Below are positions 39,236 through 49,339 of a stretch of 64,000 nucleotides of DNA, piece after piece. The position numbers and the translations under genes are program-made. Numbering within the stretch: the first letter of the stretch is position 1; every line of letters begins with the position of its first letter. Below the pieces are notes generated by a model. That model made no database searches, was not told the origin of the DNA, and saw only the letters and a program-made list of their open reading frames with translations. Source of the stretch: an uncultured virus (IMG/VR IMGVR_UViG_3300032298_000389) (Duplodnaviria > Heunggongvirae > Uroviricota > Caudoviricetes); IMG/VR virus record IMGVR_UViG_3300032298_000389; one strand, written 5' to 3'.

Positions 39236-40633
39236 ATGAGTTATTTTAATCATGCCTTTAGAAAGACCTTGGTTGCAACTAGTGCCTCTGGTCCTATTTC
39301 TCCATTGAACAATGTTCAATTGGGAACATCTACAGCAAATACACTTGCTGCTGGACAAATTACATTTATCAATCCTGAAACTTGGAGAGTATTCCCAACT
39401 ACTGGTGCAATTACACCAAACTGTTGTGAGTTAATTATTGCTGCTGGTTCTTTGATGACTAATGATAAAATTGGTCAATTTCATGGTGGTTATTTAGAGT
39501 CTAACAAGACTAAAACTATCAAGGCAAAATATACAAATAAAGTATGGGCAGTTCCTGCTAATGCTCCACAAAATTATATTTTACATGCTGGTCTTACTCC
39601 ATGGAATTTATTAAATCCTCCAGTATCATCTGAACCAGGAGAAACTGCTGGTACTTGTTGTAAACAATTTTTGTGTGGTGAAACTTACTACTTACGTGTA
39701 GATGTTAAAGGTTCTCCTGCATTAAGATTATTAGATCACAACTCTTATTTGACTCTTGAAGCATATACAGGGTGTTGTGATGATCAAGCAATTGCACCAA
39801 CTCCAGTAGATCCACGTAGAGTATATATTCAGTGGGCAGAACAAGTTAGAAGAAGTAAATTGATGAATCAGTTTGCTTATCCAATTGTTACTTTTACAAA
39901 TAACAATGGTGCTTCATGGACATATTACTATCCAAATGATGTTAACGTAGCTACATTAACACCAATTGCAGGTGTTACATTTGCTAACTACAGTGCATGG
40001 GTAGAACAACCATATGCTGCTACAATGTGTGCTGGTTTAGTTCTTAATGGTGCTTATGTAGAAACTAAATTTGGTAATTGTACATTCCAAATCTCTGACT
40101 TCTATGAATTAGAGCCAGTAAGAATCTATGCTTCTGAAGTAGACTATACAGGTTCACCATGTGAATTCCAAAGTCTATGTATTGGTGTACAATGTTATGG
40201 TAGACAAGCAAATGGAGTTGGAGAAACTGTAGTAAGAGATGTTATTCTTTCTGAACAATACAGACAAAACTTCTTCTCTAGTGACTTCCGTATCAGAGAG
40301 ATTACTCAAGGGTACGACTTATATCAAAATGGTGGATTGTCAAGAACTGCATTCTATGATAGAATCTTTATTCAACATAATGTACCTCGTTTCTACAACC
40401 CAACTGGTACTTTTGATAATGATCAGTATGTAGTTGAGATTGTTACTCCAGCTAATCCATTACTTAATGGTACGTTGGGTGCTGCTGCAACAACTGTACT
40501 TGCACAATTAACTGCATGGTTAACAAGTTGTAACTCTCAGTGTGTAATTGAAGATGATGCTGTATTAGGTGTAGCATGTGCTAACTCTACTCCAAATGTA
40601 CCACTTCCTGCAGTAACTAGTCCTGCACTTTAA
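39236..40633 (+). CDS. Abundant structural protein (putative)
   Basis: Own late-motif promoter and terminator at 40655-40690. Confidence 0.65.
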   Translation: MSYFNHAFRKTLVATSASGPISPLNNVQLGTSTANTLAAGQITFINPETWRVFPTTGAITPNCCELIIAAGSLMTNDKIGQFHGGYLESNKTKTIKAKYTNKVWAVPANAPQNYILHAGLTPWNLLNPPVSSEPGETAGTCCKQFLCGETYYLRVDVKGSPALRLLDHNSYLTLEAYTGCCDDQAIAPTPVDPRRVYIQWAEQVRRSKLMNQFAYPIVTFTNNNGASWTYYYPNDVNVATLTPIAGVTFANYSAWVEQPYAATMCAGLVLNGAYVETKFGNCTFQISDFYELEPVRIYASEVDYTGSPCEFQSLCIGVQCYGRQANGVGETVVRDVILSEQYRQNFFSSDFRIREITQGYDLYQNGGLSRTAFYDRIFIQHNVPRFYNPTGTFDNDQYVVEIVTPANPLLNGTLGAAATTVLAQLTAWLTSCNSQCVIEDDAVLGVACANSTPNVPLPAVTSPAL

Positions 40634-40701
40634 TAGTACTAACTATAAACTCAGAAGGAGAGTGAGAGTAATTCTCTCCTCTCCTTTTTTATTATATTCC
40701 T

Positions 40702-41244
40702 ATGGCAAATCATGTATTAAGTTTAGAAATTCCAACTGTATCAAATCCTTGTGTACTTAAGATATTTGATACAAGTGTATATTCTCCATTAGTAGGTTTA
40801 CATAATCCAAGATTGGAAGTAGTTATTCCTGGATTTACTTATACTGCAGAATTATCTTTTGTACCAGATTCTACTCCTACACTTACAGCATGTGATTTAG
40901 GATTACAAACAGAGAATTGTGGTACATCTTATGTTAATTTGCCAGATGGTATCTACGGTATTAAATATATTGTAGACCCAGAGTGTCAAGTATATGTAAG
41001 TTATAATCATCTTAGAATGACTTGTGCTCTTAATAGATATGAAAAAATACTTTGTACTTTGAGTATTTCAGATTGTGATCCCCCAGCAAAGACTAAGCAG
41101 AAGCTGAGAGATCTTCATTTAATTCAAATGTATTTACAAGCTGCAAAAGCAAAAGTAGAAACATGTCATGAAAACCAAGAAGGTATGACATTATTTAACT
41201 ATGCTGTCAAACTTTTAAATAAATTTGAATGTAGAAATTGTTAA
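40702..41244 (+). CDS. Putative tail/structural protein
   Basis: LPDGIY.IKY motif; Cys-rich. Confidence 0.6.
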   Translation: MANHVLSLEIPTVSNPCVLKIFDTSVYSPLVGLHNPRLEVVIPGFTYTAELSFVPDSTPTLTACDLGLQTENCGTSYVNLPDGIYGIKYIVDPECQVYVSYNHLRMTCALNRYEKILCTLSISDCDPPAKTKQKLRDLHLIQMYLQAAKAKVETCHENQEGMTLFNYAVKLLNKFECRNC

Positions 41245-41264
41245 ACCCTTAAAACCAACAAAAA

Positions 41265-41474
41265 ATGAGTGCGTGTACTAATTGTGGAAATCAAATGTCA
41301 TGTGGATGTCAAAGAAGAACGGCATCTGATGGATCTTCAGTTTGCAGTAGTTGTTTAGCTGCATATGAAGTAAAATTAAAAAACAATGTAGAGAAAAAAC
41401 AAGAAACTGTTCAACCTCAAAATAATACTTGGGGTAAAGATAGATATAGAAATTTAAACAAATTTGTAAAATAA
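41265..41474 (+). CDS. Small Zn-finger protein
   Basis: CxxC...CGC...CxxC. Confidence 0.6.
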   Translation: MSACTNCGNQMSCGCQRRTASDGSSVCSSCLAAYEVKLKNNVEKKQETVQPQNNTWGKDRYRNLNKFVK

Positions 41475-43909
41475 TGTCATTACCAGGACCAGGACCATCA
41501 TCTCAAGTAGCAATACCATATGTTGAAATAATCAACTGTTGTGATTCTTCTGATAGAGGGCTTTTTAATATAGCAGGATTTGATCCTTTAACATTTCAAG
41601 AAGGTGTTTATAATTATACAGGTCCTGGATTTGGTACTACTCAAATTACATTTGTAACAGGTAATTGTTATACAATAACTAATCCTGGAAATGCTGGAAC
41701 ACCATACTTTCCTATATCAGCTTTACAATGGACTGATTTTAATTTATTTTCTAGTAGTGTATTGTATGGTTGTTTGGAATGTATAGATTGTGATCCTGAT
41801 CCTTTAACTAAATTAGTATTTACAAGTTGTTGTAATACATCAGTAGTAGAAACACAAGGTCAGTTACCATTTGGAATTACACAATGGTTAATTAACTATA
41901 CAGGACCTTTAGTAAATGGTTTTGATAACAAGTGTTATACTGTAGAAGAAGTTAGTGGTATATCACCTACTGAACATGCAACTTTACCCACAGCTCCAGT
42001 TAACGGAACTTATATATTAATTTCAGATGACCCTGAAGCAAAATGTAGTGATTATCCAGTTCCAGAATGTCCAGCCTGTGAAGATCCACAATGTTATACT
42101 ATAATAAATTGTGATGGTCTTTATTATAATACTTGGACTGATTTATCTGATTATCTAGGGCAATTTATAGAAATAGAAAATCAACTAGGTACTTGGTATG
42201 TTTCATTAACTACAGGCTCTTGTAATAATGCTATACTTTCAATTGATGTTATTGGTTTAGCAGAACCATGTCCATGTTTATGTTATGAAATTGTTGGTAC
42301 TTTAAAGTCATTAAAGTATGTTGATTGTGATAATGAGATAGTTAAAGATGCAACTGTAACTAAATTTTGTTCAAGAGTCTATCCAATTTTTTCTGGTACA
42401 CCCGGTCAATTTCAAATTATACAAGGTGAAGAATGTATAGATGGTTTGTGTCCTGCTGTTTGTTATAAACTTACAAACTGTGATACAAATGAAATTATAT
42501 ATTCTACTCTTCAGACTTTATCTCAATATGTAAATACATCTTCTGTAGTTTCATTATTAGGATATGAAGGTTGTTGGGAAGTAGAAGAAAGTACAGCAAC
42601 AACCTGTGACTGTATTACGGTAACTATAGAAGATAGATCTGGAGTAACTGAATATACAGCAACTACTATAGGGACTTATAATGGTTGGGGAGTATGGAAA
42701 TTTACAGTTGGTACAGATGACTTTTATATTTGGAATGCATCAACTAATCCTTCTACTAATTGGGTTATCACAATTACTGACTGTTGTGCAAATCCTGGTA
42801 CTACTTATGCAGAAAGTAAATTTCAAGGTGATTGTCCAGAAACAATTAGTGATGGTAGTGTAACAGGATGGGTAATACAAGAAGGTGTTCCTTGGATAAA
42901 TGTACAAACAGAAAAATGCCCTGGTCCTTGTGAATGTCCTGTAGATATTACAGTATTACAAGAATTTAATTCATGTGAAACTTGTGAACCATATGTAGCT
43001 TATAAACTTCAAAATTGTGAGAAGATTTATGATGTTCAATATACTACTCAAGATTTATCTCTATATGTAAATTCAGTTATAGAAACAGATTGTGGATGCT
43101 TTACTGTACAACAAATAAATTATGCACCACCCTCACAGACTCTGATAGTAATTGATAATACATTTAAAACATGTAATGATTGTTTATCTACATTTTATAG
43201 ACTTATAGATTGTGCTGGTGAAGTTGGTGATATAGTAACTACAACAGATTTATCTGACTATGTAGGGGAAGTTATTAAAATAGAGAACTGTGACACCTGC
43301 TGGGAAATTGAAACAACTAGAAGATTTGATACATTATCTAATGTAGTTGTAGTAAATTCATATGCTGATTGTCCTGAATGTGGTATTGATTTACCATGTG
43401 TATGTTCTAAACTTACTAATCTTACATTAATAGAACAGACTGTAGAGTATGTTGATTGTGAAGATAACACACAAGAAATAACATTAGAAGTAGGAGAAAC
43501 TTCTGAAAAGATTTGTTTAAAAAAATGGATTTTACCAGTTTTACCAGAAGGTCAATTTTTATATGCTGAATATTTTGGTAACTGTTTACAACTTGATACA
43601 ACAGCTTTTATTTGTCCTCAACCTGTATTTAAAAATAATAGAACTGTAAGACCTGGATATAATACACCTATCTGTACACCAGCAAAATATGATAACATTA
43701 CATGCAGATTTGCAGATATAATTTATAGGATAGTTCTTGAAAAAAGATATGGTATAACTAATTGCTGTCCTGATGAAGATGACAGATGGTTAATACAAAA
43801 AGAACTAATAGATCTACAAGCACTTAAAGATCCTAACTATAATTGTCCAGAATGTATTTGTTCTTGTAATTCAGGAAAAACATGTTCTACTTGCAATTGT
43901 AAAAAATAA
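41474..43909 (+). CDS. Cys-rich repeat protein (putative tail component)
   Basis: Four Y.L..C...DLS.Y-type repeats; many Cys. Confidence 0.75.
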   Translation: MSLPGPGPSSQVAIPYVEIINCCDSSDRGLFNIAGFDPLTFQEGVYNYTGPGFGTTQITFVTGNCYTITNPGNAGTPYFPISALQWTDFNLFSSSVLYGCLECIDCDPDPLTKLVFTSCCNTSVVETQGQLPFGITQWLINYTGPLVNGFDNKCYTVEEVSGISPTEHATLPTAPVNGTYILISDDPEAKCSDYPVPECPACEDPQCYTIINCDGLYYNTWTDLSDYLGQFIEIENQLGTWYVSLTTGSCNNAILSIDVIGLAEPCPCLCYEIVGTLKSLKYVDCDNEIVKDATVTKFCSRVYPIFSGTPGQFQIIQGEECIDGLCPAVCYKLTNCDTNEIIYSTLQTLSQYVNTSSVVSLLGYEGCWEVEESTATTCDCITVTIEDRSGVTEYTATTIGTYNGWGVWKFTVGTDDFYIWNASTNPSTNWVITITDCCANPGTTYAESKFQGDCPETISDGSVTGWVIQEGVPWINVQTEKCPGPCECPVDITVLQEFNSCETCEPYVAYKLQNCEKIYDVQYTTQDLSLYVNSVIETDCGCFTVQQINYAPPSQTLIVIDNTFKTCNDCLSTFYRLIDCAGEVGDIVTTTDLSDYVGEVIKIENCDTCWEIETTRRFDTLSNVVVVNSYADCPECGIDLPCVCSKLTNLTLIEQTVEYVDCEDNTQEITLEVGETSEKICLKKWILPVLPEGQFLYAEYFGNCLQLDTTAFICPQPVFKNNRTVRPGYNTPICTPAKYDNITCRFADIIYRIVLEKRYGITNCCPDEDDRWLIQKELIDLQALKDPNYNCPECICSCNSGKTCSTCNCKK

Positions 43910-43935
43910 TTTGTATATTATAATAAGAGAAAGAT

Positions 43936-45654
43936 ATGAAGCCTTTAAATTTAGATAATAGACCTTGTTCACCAGTGTCATCAAACTGTGTAGTTTGGCA
44001 AGGACCTACTATTTCATGTATTAATATATGTAATGGTGATACTGTATCTGATGTTGTTGCAGCTCTTGCAACAGAACTTTGTACAGTGCTTGATCAAACT
44101 AATGTAACAAATTATGATCTAACATGTCTTGGTATTACTAGTTGTGGGCCAAAAGATTTTCAAGCATTAATACAATTTTTAATTGATCAAATTTGTTCTT
44201 TACAAAATATAACTCCTGAAACAGGTGGAACAAGATCAACTTGTCCTGATTGTGTAGTAACAGTGGCACCTTGTTTTGTGCAGAATGGACAAACTACCAT
44301 GCAATTAGTAGATTATGTACAAATGATTGCAAATAAAATTTGTACATTAATAGATCAAATTTCTAATCTACAAACTCAAATAAATAACTTAGATATTAGA
44401 GTTACAACATTAGAAGAAGCAGCTCCACCGGCATTTACAATACCAAGTATTATTGTAAATTGTACATTATCAGAAGGAGTTATTATTGGAGGAAATTCAT
44501 ATACAATTGATCTTATATTAAATGCTTTAATAAATGATGATATATATGGTTATTGTGAATTATTAGGTGCAACAGGTTTACCTGCTGAATTATCATCAGC
44601 TGTAAGAAGTGCATGTATAACATCAACAACTCCAACATTATCAAATTCTCCTGTTCCATTTGGAACTGAATATTTAGGTAGCTGGGTAAACTCACCTACA
44701 ACAGCAGCAGATGCTATTACAAACTTATGGATTGTTGTATGTGATATATTTACTTATTTGACAAATCAAAGTGTAACCATAAATGTTCAAGATACTAATA
44801 CAATTGATTTAGAATTTTCAGCTGGTACATTAACTGCAAATGTTCAAGATACAGGATGGGAGCCACTTGAAGGGTTTGACTTGTATATGAATGAAAATGC
44901 AGGTACACAATATGCATATCCTCAAGTTAGAAGAATAGGAAATGTTCTTCACTTTAGAGGAAATATTGTTATTCCACTTGCTGAATCTACAGGTGCTGTT
45001 AGACCTTGGCTTAGTACTACAACAGAAAATAATTATGAACAAGAACCTTCTACAGGAGCAGCTGTTACATTAAACTCACCATATGTTGGAGTAGGTGGTG
45101 TTGTACTAGGTTCATTTGGTCAAATTCAGTTTTATAGAGATGGTTCAGGTAATCCACAAAGTGTAATTCCAACATCAGTAATCCCTTTTGGTTATGCATT
45201 AGATGGTAACTATGCACATCCTGCTAGATTTCAAATAGCAAATAGAGTTATCCAAATTGGTAGTAATACAAGTACAATCATAACAACACTACTTAGTATG
45301 ACTATTACAAGTAATGGAATATTAAGCTTAGGATTAATTAAAAATTCTGAAGAGAGTATTATAAATGGTAATAACGCTGCATTTGATACATCTCATCTTA
45401 ACTACATTATTTCACATGTTGTTTCTGGAGAAAGTGTTCCTCAATTTAAAACATCAACAAATATAGTTCACTCATTATCAGGAGGAGGTACATCAGATTT
45501 AAATCTTGATTTCCCTTCTGCATATACATATCCTTTTACTTGTAATGCTAATGATGAAACTGATCTAGGGGGTTTTACATTGAGTCTTAATGGACTTACA
45601 GCTTTTATAAGTCCGTGTGGTACATTAATACCAACACCGAAACCTTGTATTTAA
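43936..45654 (+). CDS. Putative tail fibre protein
   Basis: Cys-rich N-terminus, coiled coil, DTGW and RRIGNVLHFRG. Confidence 0.7.
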   Translation: MKPLNLDNRPCSPVSSNCVVWQGPTISCINICNGDTVSDVVAALATELCTVLDQTNVTNYDLTCLGITSCGPKDFQALIQFLIDQICSLQNITPETGGTRSTCPDCVVTVAPCFVQNGQTTMQLVDYVQMIANKICTLIDQISNLQTQINNLDIRVTTLEEAAPPAFTIPSIIVNCTLSEGVIIGGNSYTIDLILNALINDDIYGYCELLGATGLPAELSSAVRSACITSTTPTLSNSPVPFGTEYLGSWVNSPTTAADAITNLWIVVCDIFTYLTNQSVTINVQDTNTIDLEFSAGTLTANVQDTGWEPLEGFDLYMNENAGTQYAYPQVRRIGNVLHFRGNIVIPLAESTGAVRPWLSTTTENNYEQEPSTGAAVTLNSPYVGVGGVVLGSFGQIQFYRDGSGNPQSVIPTSVIPFGYALDGNYAHPARFQIANRVIQIGSNTSTIITTLLSMTITSNGILSLGLIKNSEESIINGNNAAFDTSHLNYIISHVVSGESVPQFKTSTNIVHSLSGGGTSDLNLDFPSAYTYPFTCNANDETDLGGFTLSLNGLTAFISPCGTLIPTPKPCI

Positions 45655-45687
45655 TATAGTATATATGTTTAATTTAAAATAAAAAAA

Positions 45688-46986
45688 ATGGCAACTCACA
45701 CATGTAATCAAAACTGCGGCTGTACAAACAGTTACACTGTAACTGCACCTTGTCCACCTGCATGTTCAGAAGTATTTAATGCATCTTGTATTGTATATAC
45801 AGGTACAGATATAACTTGTAATACAACTACAGTAATTAGTAGATATGATTATTTAGATACAATAATTACTAAACTAGTAAATTATATCTGTAATACTGTA
45901 GCTCCAGTTACTCAAGTTGTAGGTTCAACTTATATTGACGTAGTACCTAATACAGTAGGTAATGTTACTACTTATACAGTATCTGTTGATATTCCTCAAT
46001 TAGATGTTTATTTTGCTAATGCATTTCAAAATGATCTTTTTGCATCAATATTAGCAGGACCTGGAATTGCAGTAGCTACAAATGCTATTACAGGAACAGT
46101 AACAATATCTCATCAAGATACATCTGCTGTAAATAATTTAAATAGTGATAATTCTGGTAATACTTTTATTCAAGATATTGCTTTTGCATTTGATACATTT
46201 GGACATGTTACTGGTGCTTCTGTAGTAGCAGTTAGTGTTACTCCTCCTAATGATTTTGATAGAGCTCAAATTAATCCAGATTCAGGTTTTGTATGGGGAC
46301 CAGATAATGATCCTACAAATATTCAAATTGCTGAAGCTCCAGGAGATACATTAAACTTTGTAGCAGGAACAGGTATTGTTCTTAATGCAAGTACTGTACC
46401 TGGTACAGATGCAATCAGAATTACTAATAATGATCCAGGATCTGCTGTAGACTTAACATCTGCTGGTGGTTTATCATTAGTAAATGATGGTACTGGTCCA
46501 GCATTAGCAGTAAAAGGATTACAAGCTGGTAGTGGTATATCTATATCTAATAACTTAGCAAATACTATATTAAATATTACAAATACTGATCCTAATGTTG
46601 ATCAAAATATTTGGGCAACAATTGCAGCTACAATAGGTAGTACAACTGCAAACTCAACTACAGATACTTTAACAGTAGTTGGAGCCGGAGGTATTACTAC
46701 TTCTATTGCAGGAGACACATTAACTATCACTGGTTCTGGTGCTGGAGGTGTTGCTAAATATACTACTGTAACACCTGCTATTTCAGGTGGTGGTACTGTA
46801 GGAGTTACACACAACTTAGGTACAACAGCAATAGTAGTATCATTAGTATTAAATAGTACTCAATTTTCATTTGGTATAGGAGTAGATTATAGTTATCAAA
46901 TTGTAGATGCTAATAATATTTTAATATTTGATTCTCCACTTGGATCATGGGATGGTTCACCTGCAGTTGTGACAGTTATTGGTTAA
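45688..46986 (+). CDS. Putative tail fibre protein
   Basis: FDTFGHVTG, DTLNFVAG.GI and VTHNLGT motifs. Confidence 0.75.
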   Translation: MATHTCNQNCGCTNSYTVTAPCPPACSEVFNASCIVYTGTDITCNTTTVISRYDYLDTIITKLVNYICNTVAPVTQVVGSTYIDVVPNTVGNVTTYTVSVDIPQLDVYFANAFQNDLFASILAGPGIAVATNAITGTVTISHQDTSAVNNLNSDNSGNTFIQDIAFAFDTFGHVTGASVVAVSVTPPNDFDRAQINPDSGFVWGPDNDPTNIQIAEAPGDTLNFVAGTGIVLNASTVPGTDAIRITNNDPGSAVDLTSAGGLSLVNDGTGPALAVKGLQAGSGISISNNLANTILNITNTDPNVDQNIWATIAATIGSTTANSTTDTLTVVGAGGITTSIAGDTLTITGSGAGGVAKYTTVTPAISGGGTVGVTHNLGTTAIVVSLVLNSTQFSFGIGVDYSYQIVDANNILIFDSPLGSWDGSPAVVTVIG

Positions 46987-46992
46987 AAAGAA

Positions 46993-47058
46993 GTTACAGG
47001 TTGTTGGTTTCTGTGACAACAAGGCATAACCCTCACACTTGTGGGGGTTTTGTTTTTT
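46993..47058 (+). ncRNA. Candidate 3'-UTR small RNA: hairpin with loop GTTGTTGGTTT followed by a terminator
   Basis: Stem GTTACAG/CTGTGAC; the loop is the reverse complement of AAACCAACAAC; terminator hairpin at 47028-47058. Confidence 0.5.
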
Positions 47059-47098
47059 AATTACATTTGTTAATATCAATTATTTTTAGTATATTAAT

Positions 47099-47680
47099 AT
47101 GAAGGAATTTAATAAACCTAATGTAAAAGCTTCTAGGTATCGACCAGAAGTTAGCACTATTTTAAACAAAGAGTTCTTTGACAATTTTAAAAACACTCAC
47201 TCTAAGTATAAGAACATGGATAACAAGTTGCTTAGAAAGATAATTAAAAAGTTCAATCAGTTATTATATCAAACTGTTATTGATACTAGAGATGGTGTTC
47301 AGTTACCAGAACAAATAGGTTGGCTATTTATAGGAACATGTCAAAGAAGTAAGAAAGATAATGTTGACTATGCTAAGTCAAATAAATATGGAATAAAGGT
47401 AACAAATAATAATTGGGAAACTGATGGTAAACTAGCTAAGATATTCTTTAGTAATTATGCACCTAAACACAAAATGAAGAATAGAGAATTTTGGGGTTTT
47501 ATAGCATCTAGAGAATTTAAAAGAACAGTTGCTAAATCATATCCAGAAAACTGGAATATGTATGTACAAGTTTTACCCGGTTCAAAAATTGATAAAGTAT
47601 ATAATAGTGCAATGTACAAGGATTACTTAAATAAAGTAAATAAAAAGGCTTTAAAAAGCTATAATGAATTTGAATTATGA
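47099..47680 (+). CDS. HU/IHF-like protein
   Basis: GVQLPEQIGWLFI pattern; position before the tail ring genes. Confidence 0.55.
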   Translation: MKEFNKPNVKASRYRPEVSTILNKEFFDNFKNTHSKYKNMDNKLLRKIIKKFNQLLYQTVIDTRDGVQLPEQIGWLFIGTCQRSKKDNVDYAKSNKYGIKVTNNNWETDGKLAKIFFSNYAPKHKMKNREFWGFIASREFKRTVAKSYPENWNMYVQVLPGSKIDKVYNSAMYKDYLNKVNKKALKSYNEFEL

Positions 47681-48339
47681 CAACAATTGGAGAAGCTGTA
47701 TCAAGAGTTAGAAATGCATTAAAAGCTGTTAAAGAAGATCCATTTCTAACAGATAGAACAATCTATTATGCATTAACTAAATATGGTCAAACACTTCTTA
47801 AAAGAGAAGATAATCAGTTTAGATTAATGAAGATAAGTTCTATCTTTAAACTGCTTCCCTATGTTGAACTTATAGATGTAGATAAAGTAGAAGCAGGATG
47901 TATTGGGGTATATTCAGGGTGTTATTTTAAAAGAACAAAAGATAAGTTACCTACTATTTTTGATGGAGCTATGGGACCTATCCTACGTACTGTATCTTCT
48001 ATAGATGGATCAATAGAAATGAATAGAACAGATCCTGGTACTTGGGTTTCTATAACTAGATCAACAACCTTCAAGTATAATAAGAGACCATACTTCTGGT
48101 ACCTGAATGGTTACTTATACTGTCCTAATATAGATTGGGATGCAATAAGAGTAGAAGCAGTTTTTGAAGGTAAAGTTGAATCATGTAATACTGACCCATG
48201 TTTGGTAAGACAAGATGATCCATTACCTTTTCCAGAATATTTATTTTCTGAAATAGAGCAATTTGTAATTAAAGAATTAACCATGGCTATGCAGATTCCA
48301 ACTGATGGACCTGATGATAGTCAAAATGTACTTAGATAA
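47677..48339 (+). CDS. Putative tail ring protein
   Basis: KY....YFWYLNGYLY...VFE motif; position. Confidence 0.6.
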   Translation: MTTIGEAVSRVRNALKAVKEDPFLTDRTIYYALTKYGQTLLKREDNQFRLMKISSIFKLLPYVELIDVDKVEAGCIGVYSGCYFKRTKDKLPTIFDGAMGPILRTVSSIDGSIEMNRTDPGTWVSITRSTTFKYNKRPYFWYLNGYLYCPNIDWDAIRVEAVFEGKVESCNTDPCLVRQDDPLPFPEYLFSEIEQFVIKELTMAMQIPTDGPDDSQNVLR

Positions 48340-49337
48340 TGGATTTCAATTACACACTTAAATATAGAACATTTGACCAGTTGTTGGAAGATGTTACTAT
48401 TGACTTAAACACTTTTGCTCTTGAAAATATGATTGAGCCTCAACAATTGATTAAAGTTGTACGCAAAGTTAATTATCAGTTAGGTTTAAGAATTAATCAA
48501 ACTAAAGAAGTTATATTAGATGTTACTCATAAAAAAGTAAAACTTCCTGATGATTTTTATACATTCAATTTTGCTCTTATTTGTGGAGACTTTAAAGAAG
48601 TAGTTGGTTATGATGGTTTAGCCGGAGGAACTAACATGCAAGAAGTACGGTACTCTGATTGGCCTAATGAAGTAACTAGTTGTGGTTGTCCAGTAGATAA
48701 TACATGTTGTTTAAATGGTAAAGAAGGTATATGTCTTACACATAATCCAGAAGCACCTTATGGAGATACTTCTATAAAACCTAGAGTATTTTTAAATTGT
48801 AAAGGTGAAGCATATGAATTAATACAAATTATAAATCCTGGAGTTGTAAGACAGTATAGATATCTTAAACCTCTAAGGATGAAAGCAAGTCAAAATATTG
48901 ATTGTGAATGTCCTAATCTATATTATGATACACCTGATCAAGGATGGATTAAAGATGGATTTCTAAATACTACATTTCAAACAGGAAAAGTTTATTTAAA
49001 TTATCAAGGTGACATGACAGATGATAATGGAAACTTAATGGTTCCTGATCATGAACTTCTTAATGATTACTATGAGTATGCATTAAAACAAAGAATCTTT
49101 GAAAACCTTTTTATTAATGGTGAAGATGTAGCTCAAAGAATGCAACTTATTGATGTTAAATTAAGAGAAGCAAGAAACAATGCACTTAGTTTGGTTAACA
49201 CACCTAACTTTAGAGAAATGGAAAAACTTTGGTGGACAAACAGAAAAGCTCAGTATGGTAAATACTATTACATGTTTATGAGTTATTCACCAAACAATCC
49301 CTACCTAAGAAGAAATTTGAATAACCGAGTTATTTAA
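48339..49337 (+). CDS. Putative tail tubular/ring protein
   Basis: KLPDDF...T.F.TG.VYLNY...DD.G..MVPD pattern. Confidence 0.65.
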   Translation: MDFNYTLKYRTFDQLLEDVTIDLNTFALENMIEPQQLIKVVRKVNYQLGLRINQTKEVILDVTHKKVKLPDDFYTFNFALICGDFKEVVGYDGLAGGTNMQEVRYSDWPNEVTSCGCPVDNTCCLNGKEGICLTHNPEAPYGDTSIKPRVFLNCKGEAYELIQIINPGVVRQYRYLKPLRMKASQNIDCECPNLYYDTPDQGWIKDGFLNTTFQTGKVYLNYQGDMTDDNGNLMVPDHELLNDYYEYALKQRIFENLFINGEDVAQRMQLIDVKLREARNNALSLVNTPNFREMEKLWWTNRKAQYGKYYYMFMSYSPNNPYLRRNLNNRVI

Positions 49338-49339
49338 TT

